DNA of 30,565 nucleotides. Origin: a virus (lineage: Duplodnaviria > Heunggongvirae > Uroviricota > Caudoviricetes). The stretch is taken from positions 1-30,565 of the IMG/VR virus record IMGVR_UViG_2778261446_000008; one strand, 5' to 3'. The notes under the pieces were generated by a model. That model had not been told where the DNA came from. It worked only from the letters and a program-made list of their open reading frames with translations, and made no database searches. Shown here piece by piece: positions 1 through 7,912 of the stretch; position 1 is the first letter of the stretch, and each line of letters starts with the position of its first letter. Position numbers and translations under genes: made by a program.

Positions 1-21
1 GCAATCAGCCGTCACCCACTA

Positions 22-381
22 ATGGGAATCCCCCTCCTGAGTCACGAAGTGCGAAGGTGGGGGAGGATGTCAATAAGCCCCGGTGAACGCCTGAATGGAC
101 TTAATCACATTGCGGAGTTAAGGGCGAAAGTATTTGGCCTGAATATTGAGTCAGAGCTTGAGCGGTTTATTAAAGATATGCGTGATCCACGGGATATCAA
201 TAACGAACAAAATAAACGAGCACTGGCTGCCATATTCTTTATGGCAAAAATTCCAGCTGAACGTCATAGCATCAGCATTAATGAGCTGACCACTGACGAA
301 AAGCGGGAGTTGATTAAAGCAATGAATCATTTTCGTGCAGTGGTGAGCTTATTTCCCAGACGGCTAACCATGCCGAATTAA
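22..381 (+). CDS. hypothetical phage early-region protein (119 aa from the first ATG; possibly 5'-truncated by the window edge)
   Basis: ORF in the six-frame track; the reading frame is open upstream of nt 22 to the window start, so the true start may lie outside. Position upstream of the TraR-like/Dam/A cluster fits a P2/186 early-operon ORF. No recognisable motif. Confidence 0.45.
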   Translation: MGIPLLSHEVRRWGRMSISPGERLNGLNHIAELRAKVFGLNIESELERFIKDMRDPRDINNEQNKRALAAIFFMAKIPAERHSISINELTTDEKRELIKAMNHFRAVVSLFPRRLTMPN

Positions 382-448
382 GCAACTAATGAAATTAATG
401 GCGTAAACCCGCCGGGCATCCCTTTATCTAAATTCAGGAGAATTGATT

Positions 449-682
449 ATGCGTAATATTGAAACCCTCACGACTAAAACCGGACCGGATGATGCAGGGC
501 TTAATATTTTACTGACAGAGGCTCGTCTGGAAGAACGCCGGGCAAGGGCTGAAGCAATGGCAGCTCGCCTTGATAGCCTGGCGTGTCATATCACATCCCG
601 CCAGCTAAACCACGTCGAAGCGGCAGAACTGCTGCGTGTGACTGCTGAAGCAATCCAGAACGAAGCGCAGGAGATCCACTAA
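449..682 (+). CDS. hypothetical small early protein (77 aa from ATG 449; the track ORF starts at TTG 443)
   Basis: ORF with an AGGAG-like RBS (caggag, 435-440) 8 nt upstream of ATG 449; the stop is immediately followed by the ATG of the next gene at 682. Charged, helical-looking sequence with no identifiable domain. Confidence 0.5.
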   Translation: MRNIETLTTKTGPDDAGLNILLTEARLEERRARAEAMAARLDSLACHITSRQLNHVEAAELLRVTAEAIQNEAQEIH

Positions 683-909
683 TGGCAGATGCAATGGATC
701 TCGTACAGCAGCGCGTTGAAGAAGAACGCCAGCGCTATATCCGTGCTGCCCGTGCCAAAACACCGGGCGTGTCTCGTGTGCTTTGTATTGAATGTGAAGC
801 GCCAATTCCGCCAGCACGACGCCGCGCCATTCCTGGAGTGCAGCTTTGCATTACCTGTCAGGAAATCGCAGAGCTGAAAGGCAAACATTACAACGGAGGT
901 GTTGTATGA
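682..909 (+). CDS. TraR/DksA-family C4 zinc-finger protein
   Basis: 75-aa ORF with two CxxC pairs (CIEC ... CITC) in the spacing typical of TraR/DksA C4 zinc fingers; the P2/186 early region carries such a gene upstream of A. Its stop overlaps the Dam start (ATGA at 906-909). Confidence 0.7.
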   Translation: MADAMDLVQQRVEEERQRYIRAARAKTPGVSRVLCIECEAPIPPARRRAIPGVQLCITCQEIAELKGKHYNGGVV

Positions 910-1763
910 GCACCATCCTGAAATGGGCGGGAAATAAAACCGCCATTATGTCCGAACTGAAAAAACATCTTCCTGCTGGCCCGCGACTGGTTGAACCTTT
1001 CGCGGGTTCCTGTGCTGTGATGATGGAGACGGATTACCCCAGCTATCTTGTTGCGGATATTAATCCTGATTTAATCAACCTCTATAAAAAGATTGTCGCT
1101 GATTGCGAAGCGTTTATATCTCGTGCCAGAGCTTTATTTGAGGAAGCAAACAGGGATGTGGCTTATTACAACATAAGGCAGGAGTTTAATTACTCCACTG
1201 AAATTACTGATTTCATGAAAGCGGTATATTTCCTGTATCTCAATCGTCATGGTTACCGTGGGTTATGTCGCTATAACAAGAGCGGGCATTTCAACATTCC
1301 GTACGGTAATTATAAAAATCCGTATTTCCCTGAAAAAGAAATTCGCGCATTTGCAGAGAAAGCCCAGCGGGCAACGTTTATCTGCGCAAGCTTTGATGAA
1401 ACGCTGGCGATGCTGCAGGTGGGGGATGTGGTGTATTGCGATCCGCCGTATGACGGTACGTTTTCCGGCTATCACACTGATGGTTTCACTGAAGATGACC
1501 AGTATCACCTGGCATCCGTTCTTGAACATCGGTCATCAGAAGGACATCCGGTCATTGTTTCTAACAGTGACACATCCCTGATCCGTTCGCTGTATCGCAA
1601 TTTTACTCACCACTACATCAAGGCAAAACGCAGCATCGGTGTGGCAGCTGGTGAGAGTAAATCTGCAACAGAAATCATCGCTGTTTCCGGGCCGCGCTGC
1701 TGGGTGGGATTTGATCCTTCGCGTGGCGTGGATAGTTCAGCCGTGTACGGAGTACGTGCATGA
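906..1763 (+). CDS. DNA adenine methyltransferase (Dam-like, N6-adenine MTase)
   Basis: N-terminus [11 protein letters not shown]... resembles the Dam AdoMet-binding region, and the catalytic DPPY motif is present (VYCDPPYDG). The track ORF begins at 846, but ATG 906 overlapping the upstream stop is the likely start. Its stop overlaps the start of A (ATGA at 1760-1763). Confidence 0.85.
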   Translation: MSTILKWAGNKTAIMSELKKHLPAGPRLVEPFAGSCAVMMETDYPSYLVADINPDLINLYKKIVADCEAFISRARALFEEANRDVAYYNIRQEFNYSTEITDFMKAVYFLYLNRHGYRGLCRYNKSGHFNIPYGNYKNPYFPEKEIRAFAEKAQRATFICASFDETLAMLQVGDVVYCDPPYDGTFSGYHTDGFTEDDQYHLASVLEHRSSEGHPVIVSNSDTSLIRSLYRNFTHHYIKAKRSIGVAAGESKSATEIIAVSGPRCWVGFDPSRGVDSSAVYGVRA

Positions 1764-4174
1764 GTCATGCCGATATGAACAACTGCTGCGGCTTTAACGA
1801 GGCTGCCGCAGCGTTCTCATGGAACAGCCCGAAAAAGGCCATTAACCCTTATCTGGACCCGGCGGAAGTTGCGCCGGTTTCTGCGCTTTCAAACCTGATC
1901 ACTCTGTACGCTGCCGATAACGAGCAGGAACAACTGCGCCGCGAGGCACTGAGTGATCAGGTCTGGGAGCGTTATTTTTTTAATGAATCACGTGATCCTG
2001 TCCAGCGCGAAATGGAGCAGGATAAGCTCATTAGCCGGGCAAAGCTGGCGCATGAGCAGCAGCGTTTTAATCCGGATATGGTCATTCTGGCGGACGTCAA
2101 CGCCCAGCCTTCCCATATCAGCAAGCCGCTGATGCAACGTATTGAATACTTTAGCAGCCTGGGCAGGCCAAAGGCTTATTCCCGCTATTTACGTGAGACG
2201 ATTAAGCCATGTCTGGAACGACTGGAGCATGTACGCGACAGCCAGCTATCTGCATCTTTTCGTTTTATGGCAAGCCATGAAGGGCTGGACGGCCTGCTTA
2301 TCCTGCCTGAAATGAGTCAGGATCAGGTGAAGCGCCTGTCTACCCTTGTCGCTGCGCATATGAGCATGTGCCTTGATGCCGCTTGTGGTGATTTGTATGC
2401 CACCGATGACGTTAAGCCAGAAGAAATCCGCAAAACATGGGAAAAGGTGGCAGCGGAAACCCTGCGTCTGGATGTTATTCCGCCTGCGTTTGAGCAACTC
2501 CGTCGGAAAAGAAACCGCCGTAAACCCGTGCCCTATGAACTCATTCCGGGTTCGCTTGCGCGTATGTTGTGTGCCGACTGGTGGTATCGGAAATTATGGA
2601 AGATGCGTTGCGAATGGCGGGAAGAGCAGTTGCGTGCTGTCTGCCTGGTCAGCAAAAAAGCATCTCCCTATGTCAGCTATGAAGCCGTGATGCATAAACG
2701 TGAGCAGCGCCGCAAGTCACTGGAGTTTTTCCGTTCTCATGAACTGGTGAACGAAGAGGGCGACACGCTGGATATGGAAGACGTGGTAAACGCCAGCAGC
2801 AGCAACCCGGCGCACCGCCGCAATGAGATGATGGCCTGTGTTAAAGGTCTGGAGCTTATCGCGGAAATGCGTGGTGATTGCGCCGTTTTCTACACCATTA
2901 CCTGTCCGTCACGTTTCCATTCCACGCTCAATAACGGCAGACCAAACCCAACCTGGACAAATGCGACGGTAAGACAAAGCAGCGATTATCTGGTCGGCAT
3001 GTTTGCTGCATTTCGTAAGGCGATGCACAAAGCCGGGTTGCGCTGGTATGGCGTGCGGGTGGCTGAGCCGCATCATGACGGTACGGTTCACTGGCACCTG
3101 TTGTGTTTCATGCGCAAAAAAGACCGCCGTGCCATTACTGCATTGTTGCGTAAGTTTGCCATCCGTGAAGACCGCGAGGAACTGGGTAATAACACTGGTC
3201 CACGCTTTAAATCTGAGCTGATAAACCCGCGCAAAGGAACACCGACAAGCTACATCGCGAAATACATTAGTAAGAACATTGACGGGCGTGGTCTGGCTGG
3301 CGAGATCAGCAAGGAAACGGGTAAATCCCTGCGTGATAACGCTGAATACGTTAATGCCTGGGCGTCTCTGCATCGTGTTCAGCAATTCCGCTTCTTTGGT
3401 ATTCCGGGGCGTCAGGCTTACCGTGAACTGCGATTGCTGGCTGGTCAGGCGGCAAGGCAACAGGGCGACAAAAAAGCAGGTGCGCCGGTACTGGATAACC
3501 CGCGCCTTGATGCCATCCTGGCTGCTGCTGATGCTGGTTGTTTTGCCACTTACATCATGAAGCAGGGTGGCGTACTGGTTCCCCGCAAATATCACCTCAT
3601 CAGAACTGCTTATGAAATTAACGAAGAGCCGACCGCCTATGGCGATCACGGCATTCGTATTTATGGCATCTGGTCACCCATTGCAGAGGGCAAGATCTGC
3701 ACTCATGCAGTGAAGTGGAAAATGGTCCGTAAAGCCGTTGACGTTCAGGAGGCGGTAGCCGACCAGGGCGCTTGCGCCCCTTGGACTCGTGGCAATAACT
3801 GTCCCCTTGCTGAAAATTTGAACCAACAAGGGAAAGACAAATCAGCTGATGGGGATACCAGAACGGATATCACCCGCATGGATGACAAGGAGTTGCACGA
3901 TTACCTGCACAGTATGAGCAAAAAAGAACGCCGGGAACTGGCAGCAAGGTTACACCTGGTTAAACCGAAACGGCGTAAAGACTACAAACAGCGAATTACA
4001 GACCATCAGCGACAGCAGCTCGTGTATGAGCTGAAGTCCAGAGGGTTTGATGGTAGCGAGAAAGAGGTCGATTTACTCCTTCGCGGCGGCAGTATTCCGT
4101 CAGGAGCAGGCCTGCGTATCTTCTATCGGAACCAGCGTTTGCAGGAAGATGATAAGTGGCGAAACCTGTATTAA
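1760..4174 (+). CDS. A: replication initiation protein A (rolling-circle replication endonuclease, P2 gpA-like)
   Basis: 804-aa ORF at the position of P2 gene A; contains the active-site tyrosine motif [12 protein letters not shown] typical of P2 A / phiX A-family initiators. Confidence 0.85.
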   Translation: MSHADMNNCCGFNEAAAAFSWNSPKKAINPYLDPAEVAPVSALSNLITLYAADNEQEQLRREALSDQVWERYFFNESRDPVQREMEQDKLISRAKLAHEQQRFNPDMVILADVNAQPSHISKPLMQRIEYFSSLGRPKAYSRYLRETIKPCLERLEHVRDSQLSASFRFMASHEGLDGLLILPEMSQDQVKRLSTLVAAHMSMCLDAACGDLYATDDVKPEEIRKTWEKVAAETLRLDVIPPAFEQLRRKRNRRKPVPYELIPGSLARMLCADWWYRKLWKMRCEWREEQLRAVCLVSKKASPYVSYEAVMHKREQRRKSLEFFRSHELVNEEGDTLDMEDVVNASSSNPAHRRNEMMACVKGLELIAEMRGDCAVFYTITCPSRFHSTLNNGRPNPTWTNATVRQSSDYLVGMFAAFRKAMHKAGLRWYGVRVAEPHHDGTVHWHLLCFMRKKDRRAITALLRKFAIREDREELGNNTGPRFKSELINPRKGTPTSYIAKYISKNIDGRGLAGEISKETGKSLRDNAEYVNAWASLHRVQQFRFFGIPGRQAYRELRLLAGQAARQQGDKKAGAPVLDNPRLDAILAAADAGCFATYIMKQGGVLVPRKYHLIRTAYEINEEPTAYGDHGIRIYGIWSPIAEGKICTHAVKWKMVRKAVDVQEAVADQGACAPWTRGNNCPLAENLNQQGKDKSADGDTRTDITRMDDKELHDYLHSMSKKERRELAARLHLVKPKRRKDYKQRITDHQRQQLVYELKSRGFDGSEKEVDLLLRGGSIPSGAGLRIFYRNQRLQEDDKWRNLY

Positions 4175-4266
4175 TTACGATGGTTAACCATTCGTGCTCT
4201 TAATAATACCAGGCATATCAGGCTGATAAACGTAAAAAAACGTTTTACATCAGTAAGATTATTATA

Positions 4267-4286
4267 TACTGTAAATATAAACAGTG
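4267..4286. promoter_or_regulatory. LexA box (SOS operator) in the promoter region of the Tum/DinI-like operon
   Basis: Sequence tactgtaaatataaacagtg has CTGT (4269-4272), an 8-nt AT-rich spacer and ACAG (4281-4284), matching the consensus TACTGT-(AT)4-ACAGTA. It lies in an AT-rich intergenic region about 40 nt upstream of a strong RBS and ATG at 4328. Confidence 0.65.
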
Positions 4287-4327
4287 GTTATACATACAGT
4301 ATTGCGTGTGGTGTCATAGGAGGAAAG

Positions 4328-4516
4328 ATGCAGGACTATTTTTTGGAGTCTTTGAAGCTCCAGCGCATTGATTTTTTTCTTAAGCTTGTAGCGGCCAGTG
4401 AGTGTAGTGATGAAGAGAAGGGACTGGCTCTGCAGTGGGTTTCTGAATTGACTGATGAACTCATGGCAAAAATCAGAAGCCACGAATACAACCGCTCAAT
4501 GGATGTCATCAGCTGA
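4328..4516 (+). CDS. hypothetical protein; candidate N-terminal part of a Tum-like SOS-inducible antirepressor
   Basis: 62-aa ORF with a strong RBS (aggagg, 4318-4323) directly downstream of the LexA box; its 3' end overlaps the open frame of the DinI-like gene (4455-4516) in a +1 relationship. Confidence 0.5.
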   Translation: MQDYFLESLKLQRIDFFLKLVAASECSDEEKGLALQWVSELTDELMAKIRSHEYNRSMDVIS

Positions 4517-4526
4517 GGTGACTTTT

Positions 4527-4760
4527 ATGCGCATTGAAATAATGATCGATAAAGAGCAGAAGATTAGCCAGTCTACCCTGGACGCCCTTGAATCCGAGCT
4601 TTACCGTAATCTGCGCCCCCTGTATCCCAAAACGGTAATTCGTATCCGCAAAGGTAGCTCTAACGGTGTGGAACTGACCGGACTGCAACTGGACGAAGAA
4701 AGGAAGCAAGTGATGAAAATTATGCAGAAGGTGTGGGAAGACGACAGCTGGCTGCATTAA
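4527..4760 (+). CDS. DinI-like protein (DinI family, SOS-regulated)
   Basis: 77-aa product from ATG 4527 (RBS gaggtg 4515-4520): MRIEIMIDKEQKIS...VWEDDSWLH aligns by eye with E. coli DinI (MRIEVTIAK...TWESADDWF). The track ORF starts at 4455, but the DinI homology begins at 4527. Confidence 0.75.
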   Translation: MRIEIMIDKEQKISQSTLDALESELYRNLRPLYPKTVIRIRKGSSNGVELTGLQLDEERKQVMKIMQKVWEDDSWLH

Positions 4761-4964
4761 GAAACGTTGCTGGCGTCTGAACTTGTTTCTGGCGTCAGCA
4801 AGGTTGAACAACGAGCCCTTGCGAGGCGTTAGCTCTGTAGTGCATGTCTATGCCGCATGAGATCGCATGATCGTTTGAGGATCGTTTTTGCTAAGGCCCG
4901 CCAGAACTGGTGGGCTTTTGCGTAGATCATGCAGGTGCATGAAAACCACTACATAAAGCGGGCA

Positions 4965-4983
4965 GGCGTGGCGGGGATACGAG
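4965..4983. other. cos-like site (putative cohesive-end / terminase cleavage sequence)
   Basis: GGCGTGGCGGGGATACGAG followed by GCGCGC closely resembles the 19-nt cohesive ends of P2 (GGCGAGGCGGGGAAAGCAC) and 186 as I recall them; it sits in the A-to-Q interval where cos is expected in a P2 prophage. Confidence 0.5.
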
Positions 4984-5085
4984 CGCGCGCTAACTCATAA
5001 ATCCTAGATTATTAGTGGATTTATCTCATTGAAATGTGCACTATTCCCAGCATTGAGTTGTACCAGATGTCTTTATGGAGGGACT

Positions 5086-6852
5086 GTGGCTTTTGTAACT
5101 GATATTCGGCTTGAAGATAATGCTATTGCTGCACCTGCGACAGCACAGGTTATGGCTCAGAGGCTAGGATCTGTATTACGTAAGAGATATGAAGAATTCA
5201 TCCATAAAAGAGAGTGTGCACCAGGCCAAGCAGACTATGATGTAAAAATGGCTAGCAGGGCTTTAGCCGCATTCACTATGTATCAGTTAGGATGTGTGGA
5301 TGATAAGTATGCAGGGGAGTCTGTATGTGATAGTAGTGAAGATGGTGGTATAGATGGAATAGCAATCAACCATAACGAAAAAATCGTTGTTGTTGTTCAA
5401 TCAAAATTTCACCAATCGGGAAACGGCACTTGGACAAGAGCCGATTTTATGTGTTTTAAGGATGCTTGTGAGAAGCTACAAAGTGAAAGATACGAATTAT
5501 TTGATTCCATATTGCAAAATAAAAGCGGGGAAATAAGTGCGGCTTTAAGTAGTTTTGAATACAAGTTCATCTTTGCGATGGCGCATACAGGTAAAAAAGG
5601 TGCTGCAGAGGAAATATTAAATGATATGCGGGAATGGCAATATCAATTAAACGCTGCAGCTTTTACACCTGAGGATGAGCCTAAAGAGAACTGGGGATTT
5701 CAGGTTCATTTAATATCCTCTGAAGATATGATGCATTGGTTACAGAATGGCTCTCGAAATCAAATTGATCTTAACAGGGTTGAAATTGAGCGTTTTGGAT
5801 TTTTGAATGAACCATATCAAGCTTTTTACGGGGCTATTAGTGGTGATCAAGTTGCAGAATGGTGGGAAGAGCATGGTGCTCGATTATTTACAAAAAACAT
5901 AAGGAATATGCTTGGTAAAACAGAAGTGAATGAGGAAATAAAAAAGACAGCTATAGATAATCCTGATATGTTTTGGTTTTATAATAATGGGATTACTGTA
6001 CTGGTTAAGGAAGTTGTTCCTCATAGACGAAACGCAGCTCCTAATATAGAGAGAGGGATTTTTGATTTTCGTGATGTAAGTGTCATTAATGGTGCACAAA
6101 CAGTCAGTAGTATTGGCGCATGTAAAGATGCGCTTGGTGAAAACATATATAGACTCAAAGTGCCAGCTAGATTCATTGTTATAGATGATGATACTGATAA
6201 TTTAACTGCAAATGCAATTACAAAAGCTAACAATTTCCAAAATAGAGTATTGGGAAGAGATTTTGCATCGCAGCAGGCAGATCAACATAGATTGGCAAGG
6301 GAGTTAGTGCTTGAAGGATATCAATATCAGTTACTAAGAACAGATGAAGATCATTCACAGACAAATACGAAAGTCATTGACTTGGATGAGGCGCTCAATG
6401 CACTCGCATGTTTAAGTAAAAATAATACGGTTGTATCGACACTAAAATCAAATCGCGGTAGGTTTTTTGAAAATTTTGAAGGCTCTCTATATAAAACTAT
6501 TTTCAATCCAAGATTAAGTGGTTTAAAACTTATCAATACTGTTCTACATTTTAGAGTTATAGATAAGTTGATCGGTAAAACATTACTATCAGTAGATAAA
6601 ACGACCCATAGTCGCAAGCATTTAATTATTACGCATGGTAATAGATACTATGCGTCTGTACTATTGAGCAACGTTTCTGGGATACATAATAGCTCAGAAA
6701 TTCTTGTTCCAGATGAAAAAAATCTTTCCGAAGAATTAAGTGCATTAATTCAACGTGCTGAAGAGTACATTGAAGATAATTACCCGAATGCCTATCCGGC
6801 AAGATTTTTTGCAAATCCAACGAAAATACAAGAGTTATACGATAATGTTTAA
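5086..6852 (+). CDS. AIPR-like putative abortive-infection protein with an N-terminal PD-(D/E)xK-like nuclease motif (candidate anti-phage cargo gene)
   Basis: Long ORF (track 5029..6852 from a TTG, 607 codons); plausible starts are GTG 5086 (RBS ggaggg 5077-5082) or ATG 5152. Markedly AT-rich relative to flanking phage DNA. Motifs: SEDGGIDGIAI...VVVQSKF (D...QxK nuclease-like) and a central FWFYNNGITVL / INGAQT block that I recall as AIPR-like. Lies between cos and Q and ends at a strong terminator. Confidence 0.6.
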   Translation: MAFVTDIRLEDNAIAAPATAQVMAQRLGSVLRKRYEEFIHKRECAPGQADYDVKMASRALAAFTMYQLGCVDDKYAGESVCDSSEDGGIDGIAINHNEKIVVVVQSKFHQSGNGTWTRADFMCFKDACEKLQSERYELFDSILQNKSGEISAALSSFEYKFIFAMAHTGKKGAAEEILNDMREWQYQLNAAAFTPEDEPKENWGFQVHLISSEDMMHWLQNGSRNQIDLNRVEIERFGFLNEPYQAFYGAISGDQVAEWWEEHGARLFTKNIRNMLGKTEVNEEIKKTAIDNPDMFWFYNNGITVLVKEVVPHRRNAAPNIERGIFDFRDVSVINGAQTVSSIGACKDALGENIYRLKVPARFIVIDDDTDNLTANAITKANNFQNRVLGRDFASQQADQHRLARELVLEGYQYQLLRTDEDHSQTNTKVIDLDEALNALACLSKNNTVVSTLKSNRGRFFENFEGSLYKTIFNPRLSGLKLINTVLHFRVIDKLIGKTLLSVDKTTHSRKHLIITHGNRYYASVLLSNVSGIHNSSEILVPDEKNLSEELSALIQRAEEYIEDNYPNAYPARFFANPTKIQELYDNV

Positions 6853-6856
6853 ACTA

Positions 6857-6882
6857 AAGGGAGGTTGCCTCCCTTTTTTTTA
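6857..6882. terminator. bidirectional rho-independent terminator between the AIPR-like gene and Q
   Basis: aagggagg-ttg-cctccctt hairpin followed by TTTTTTT on the + strand and preceded by A-rich sequence; sits between two convergent stop codons (6852 and 6884). Confidence 0.7.
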
Positions 6883-6883
6883 A

Positions 6884-7912
6884 TTAGAAATGGTATTCTT
6901 GGAATTCAATAACACCTTCTTTTATGAAATTGTTTATTTCTTGTAATCTTTTTTGCAATGGCAATAATTCATTACGTACAAATACTTTACTCGCCTTCTC
7001 TACATCTCCAAAGCCCCCGACATTATTAGGCATTATCCCCATCATTTGTGGCGGCACACGATGCGCCGCCATCATGTCGTCCCGGCTCACGTTCTTGATA
7101 TTCAGGAACTCATCCTTCGCCGCCACTTCTGACAACGGGATAATCTGAAGCCCGTCCTTTTTACCGTTAGGCGAGTACATAAACAGGTTACGGAAGTTAC
7201 CAGGACCTTTGGCGCTTTTCATCGCATTGCGGAGGTTGTTCACATCCTCCTGGTTCTGCGCTGCATCGGTCATGTACATGATGAAGCCTGCATGACTGCC
7301 GTTAATGTAATACTTGCGGCGGAACAGCGTGGCGGACTCGTTGAGCAAAGCGGATGGGATGGCAGAAAGATAGCCGGGCAGGCCGTAGATCTCCTGATTA
7401 ATATCCGGTTCCATCAGATGAAAAATGCTGCCTTTCGTGAACTGATACGGCTGGGTTGTCATACCGTATTGCACAAACCAGTAGGTATCCAGGTCTAACC
7501 CGCGTCGGGTGTATTTTGCCAGAGCAGGCTCAAGGGCGATAACTTCACCGAAGCGGTTCGTGCGTTTCTCCAGGTAGGCGTTACCAAATACCAGATAGTC
7601 CTGCACAAAACGTGAAAAATCCTGCTGGCTGAGCAGCGGGTGAGGGATGTAGGTACTGGTCAGAATGTTGCATTTCACTGCAATCGGTGAACTGTGATGC
7701 ACGGCGGCGCGGAAGGTGCGCGCCAGCCCGTCAAAGCTTACTGGCGGCTCATACCAGCGATCTGTCTGTACGCATTCCACATAGTCCAGCAGTTCGCGGC
7801 GGTCCAGAACAGGAACGGGATCACCGAAGCTGAATGCTTCGGCTGAAGTCTGGCTTTTATGCTGGATCTGGTTCGTCGACGCAGCGCGGTTCTTCTTACT
7901 CTTTCCCATCAA
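6884..7912 (-). CDS. Q: portal protein (P2 gpQ-like)
   Basis: 342-aa ORF immediately downstream of the large terminase gene on the same strand with an ATGA start/stop overlap (7909-7912); P2 synteny and size. Confidence 0.85.
   Translation of the reverse strand: MMGKSKKNRAASTNQIQHKSQTSAEAFSFGDPVPVLDRRELLDYVECVQTDRWYEPPVSFDGLARTFRAAVHHSSPIAVKCNILTSTYIPHPLLSQQDFSRFVQDYLVFGNAYLEKRTNRFGEVIALEPALAKYTRRGLDLDTYWFVQYGMTTQPYQFTKGSIFHLMEPDINQEIYGLPGYLSAIPSALLNESATLFRRKYYINGSHAGFIMYMTDAAQNQEDVNNLRNAMKSAKGPGNFRNLFMYSPNGKKDGLQIIPLSEVAAKDEFLNIKNVSRDDMMAAHRVPPQMMGIMPNNVGGFGDVEKASKVFVRNELLPLQKRLQEINNFIKEGVIEFQEYHF

Noticed and set aside
846-905. N-terminal extension of the Dam ORF (track start at 846)
   Set aside because: The extension overlaps the TraR-like gene in another frame; ATG 906 with the ATGA overlap and a Dam-like N-terminus ([11 protein letters not shown]) is the more plausible start. 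Similar upstream extensions were rejected for L (12413), lysA (13785), R (14734) and J (16576).
4761-4964. Possible small gene or sRNA in the GC-rich spacer between the DinI-like gene and cos
   Set aside because: Only short or antisense ORFs (such as 4509..4811 minus) without an RBS; the direct repeats ctggcgtc are not followed by a T-run; more likely packaging (cos-adjacent) sequence. Left as unannotated non-coding.
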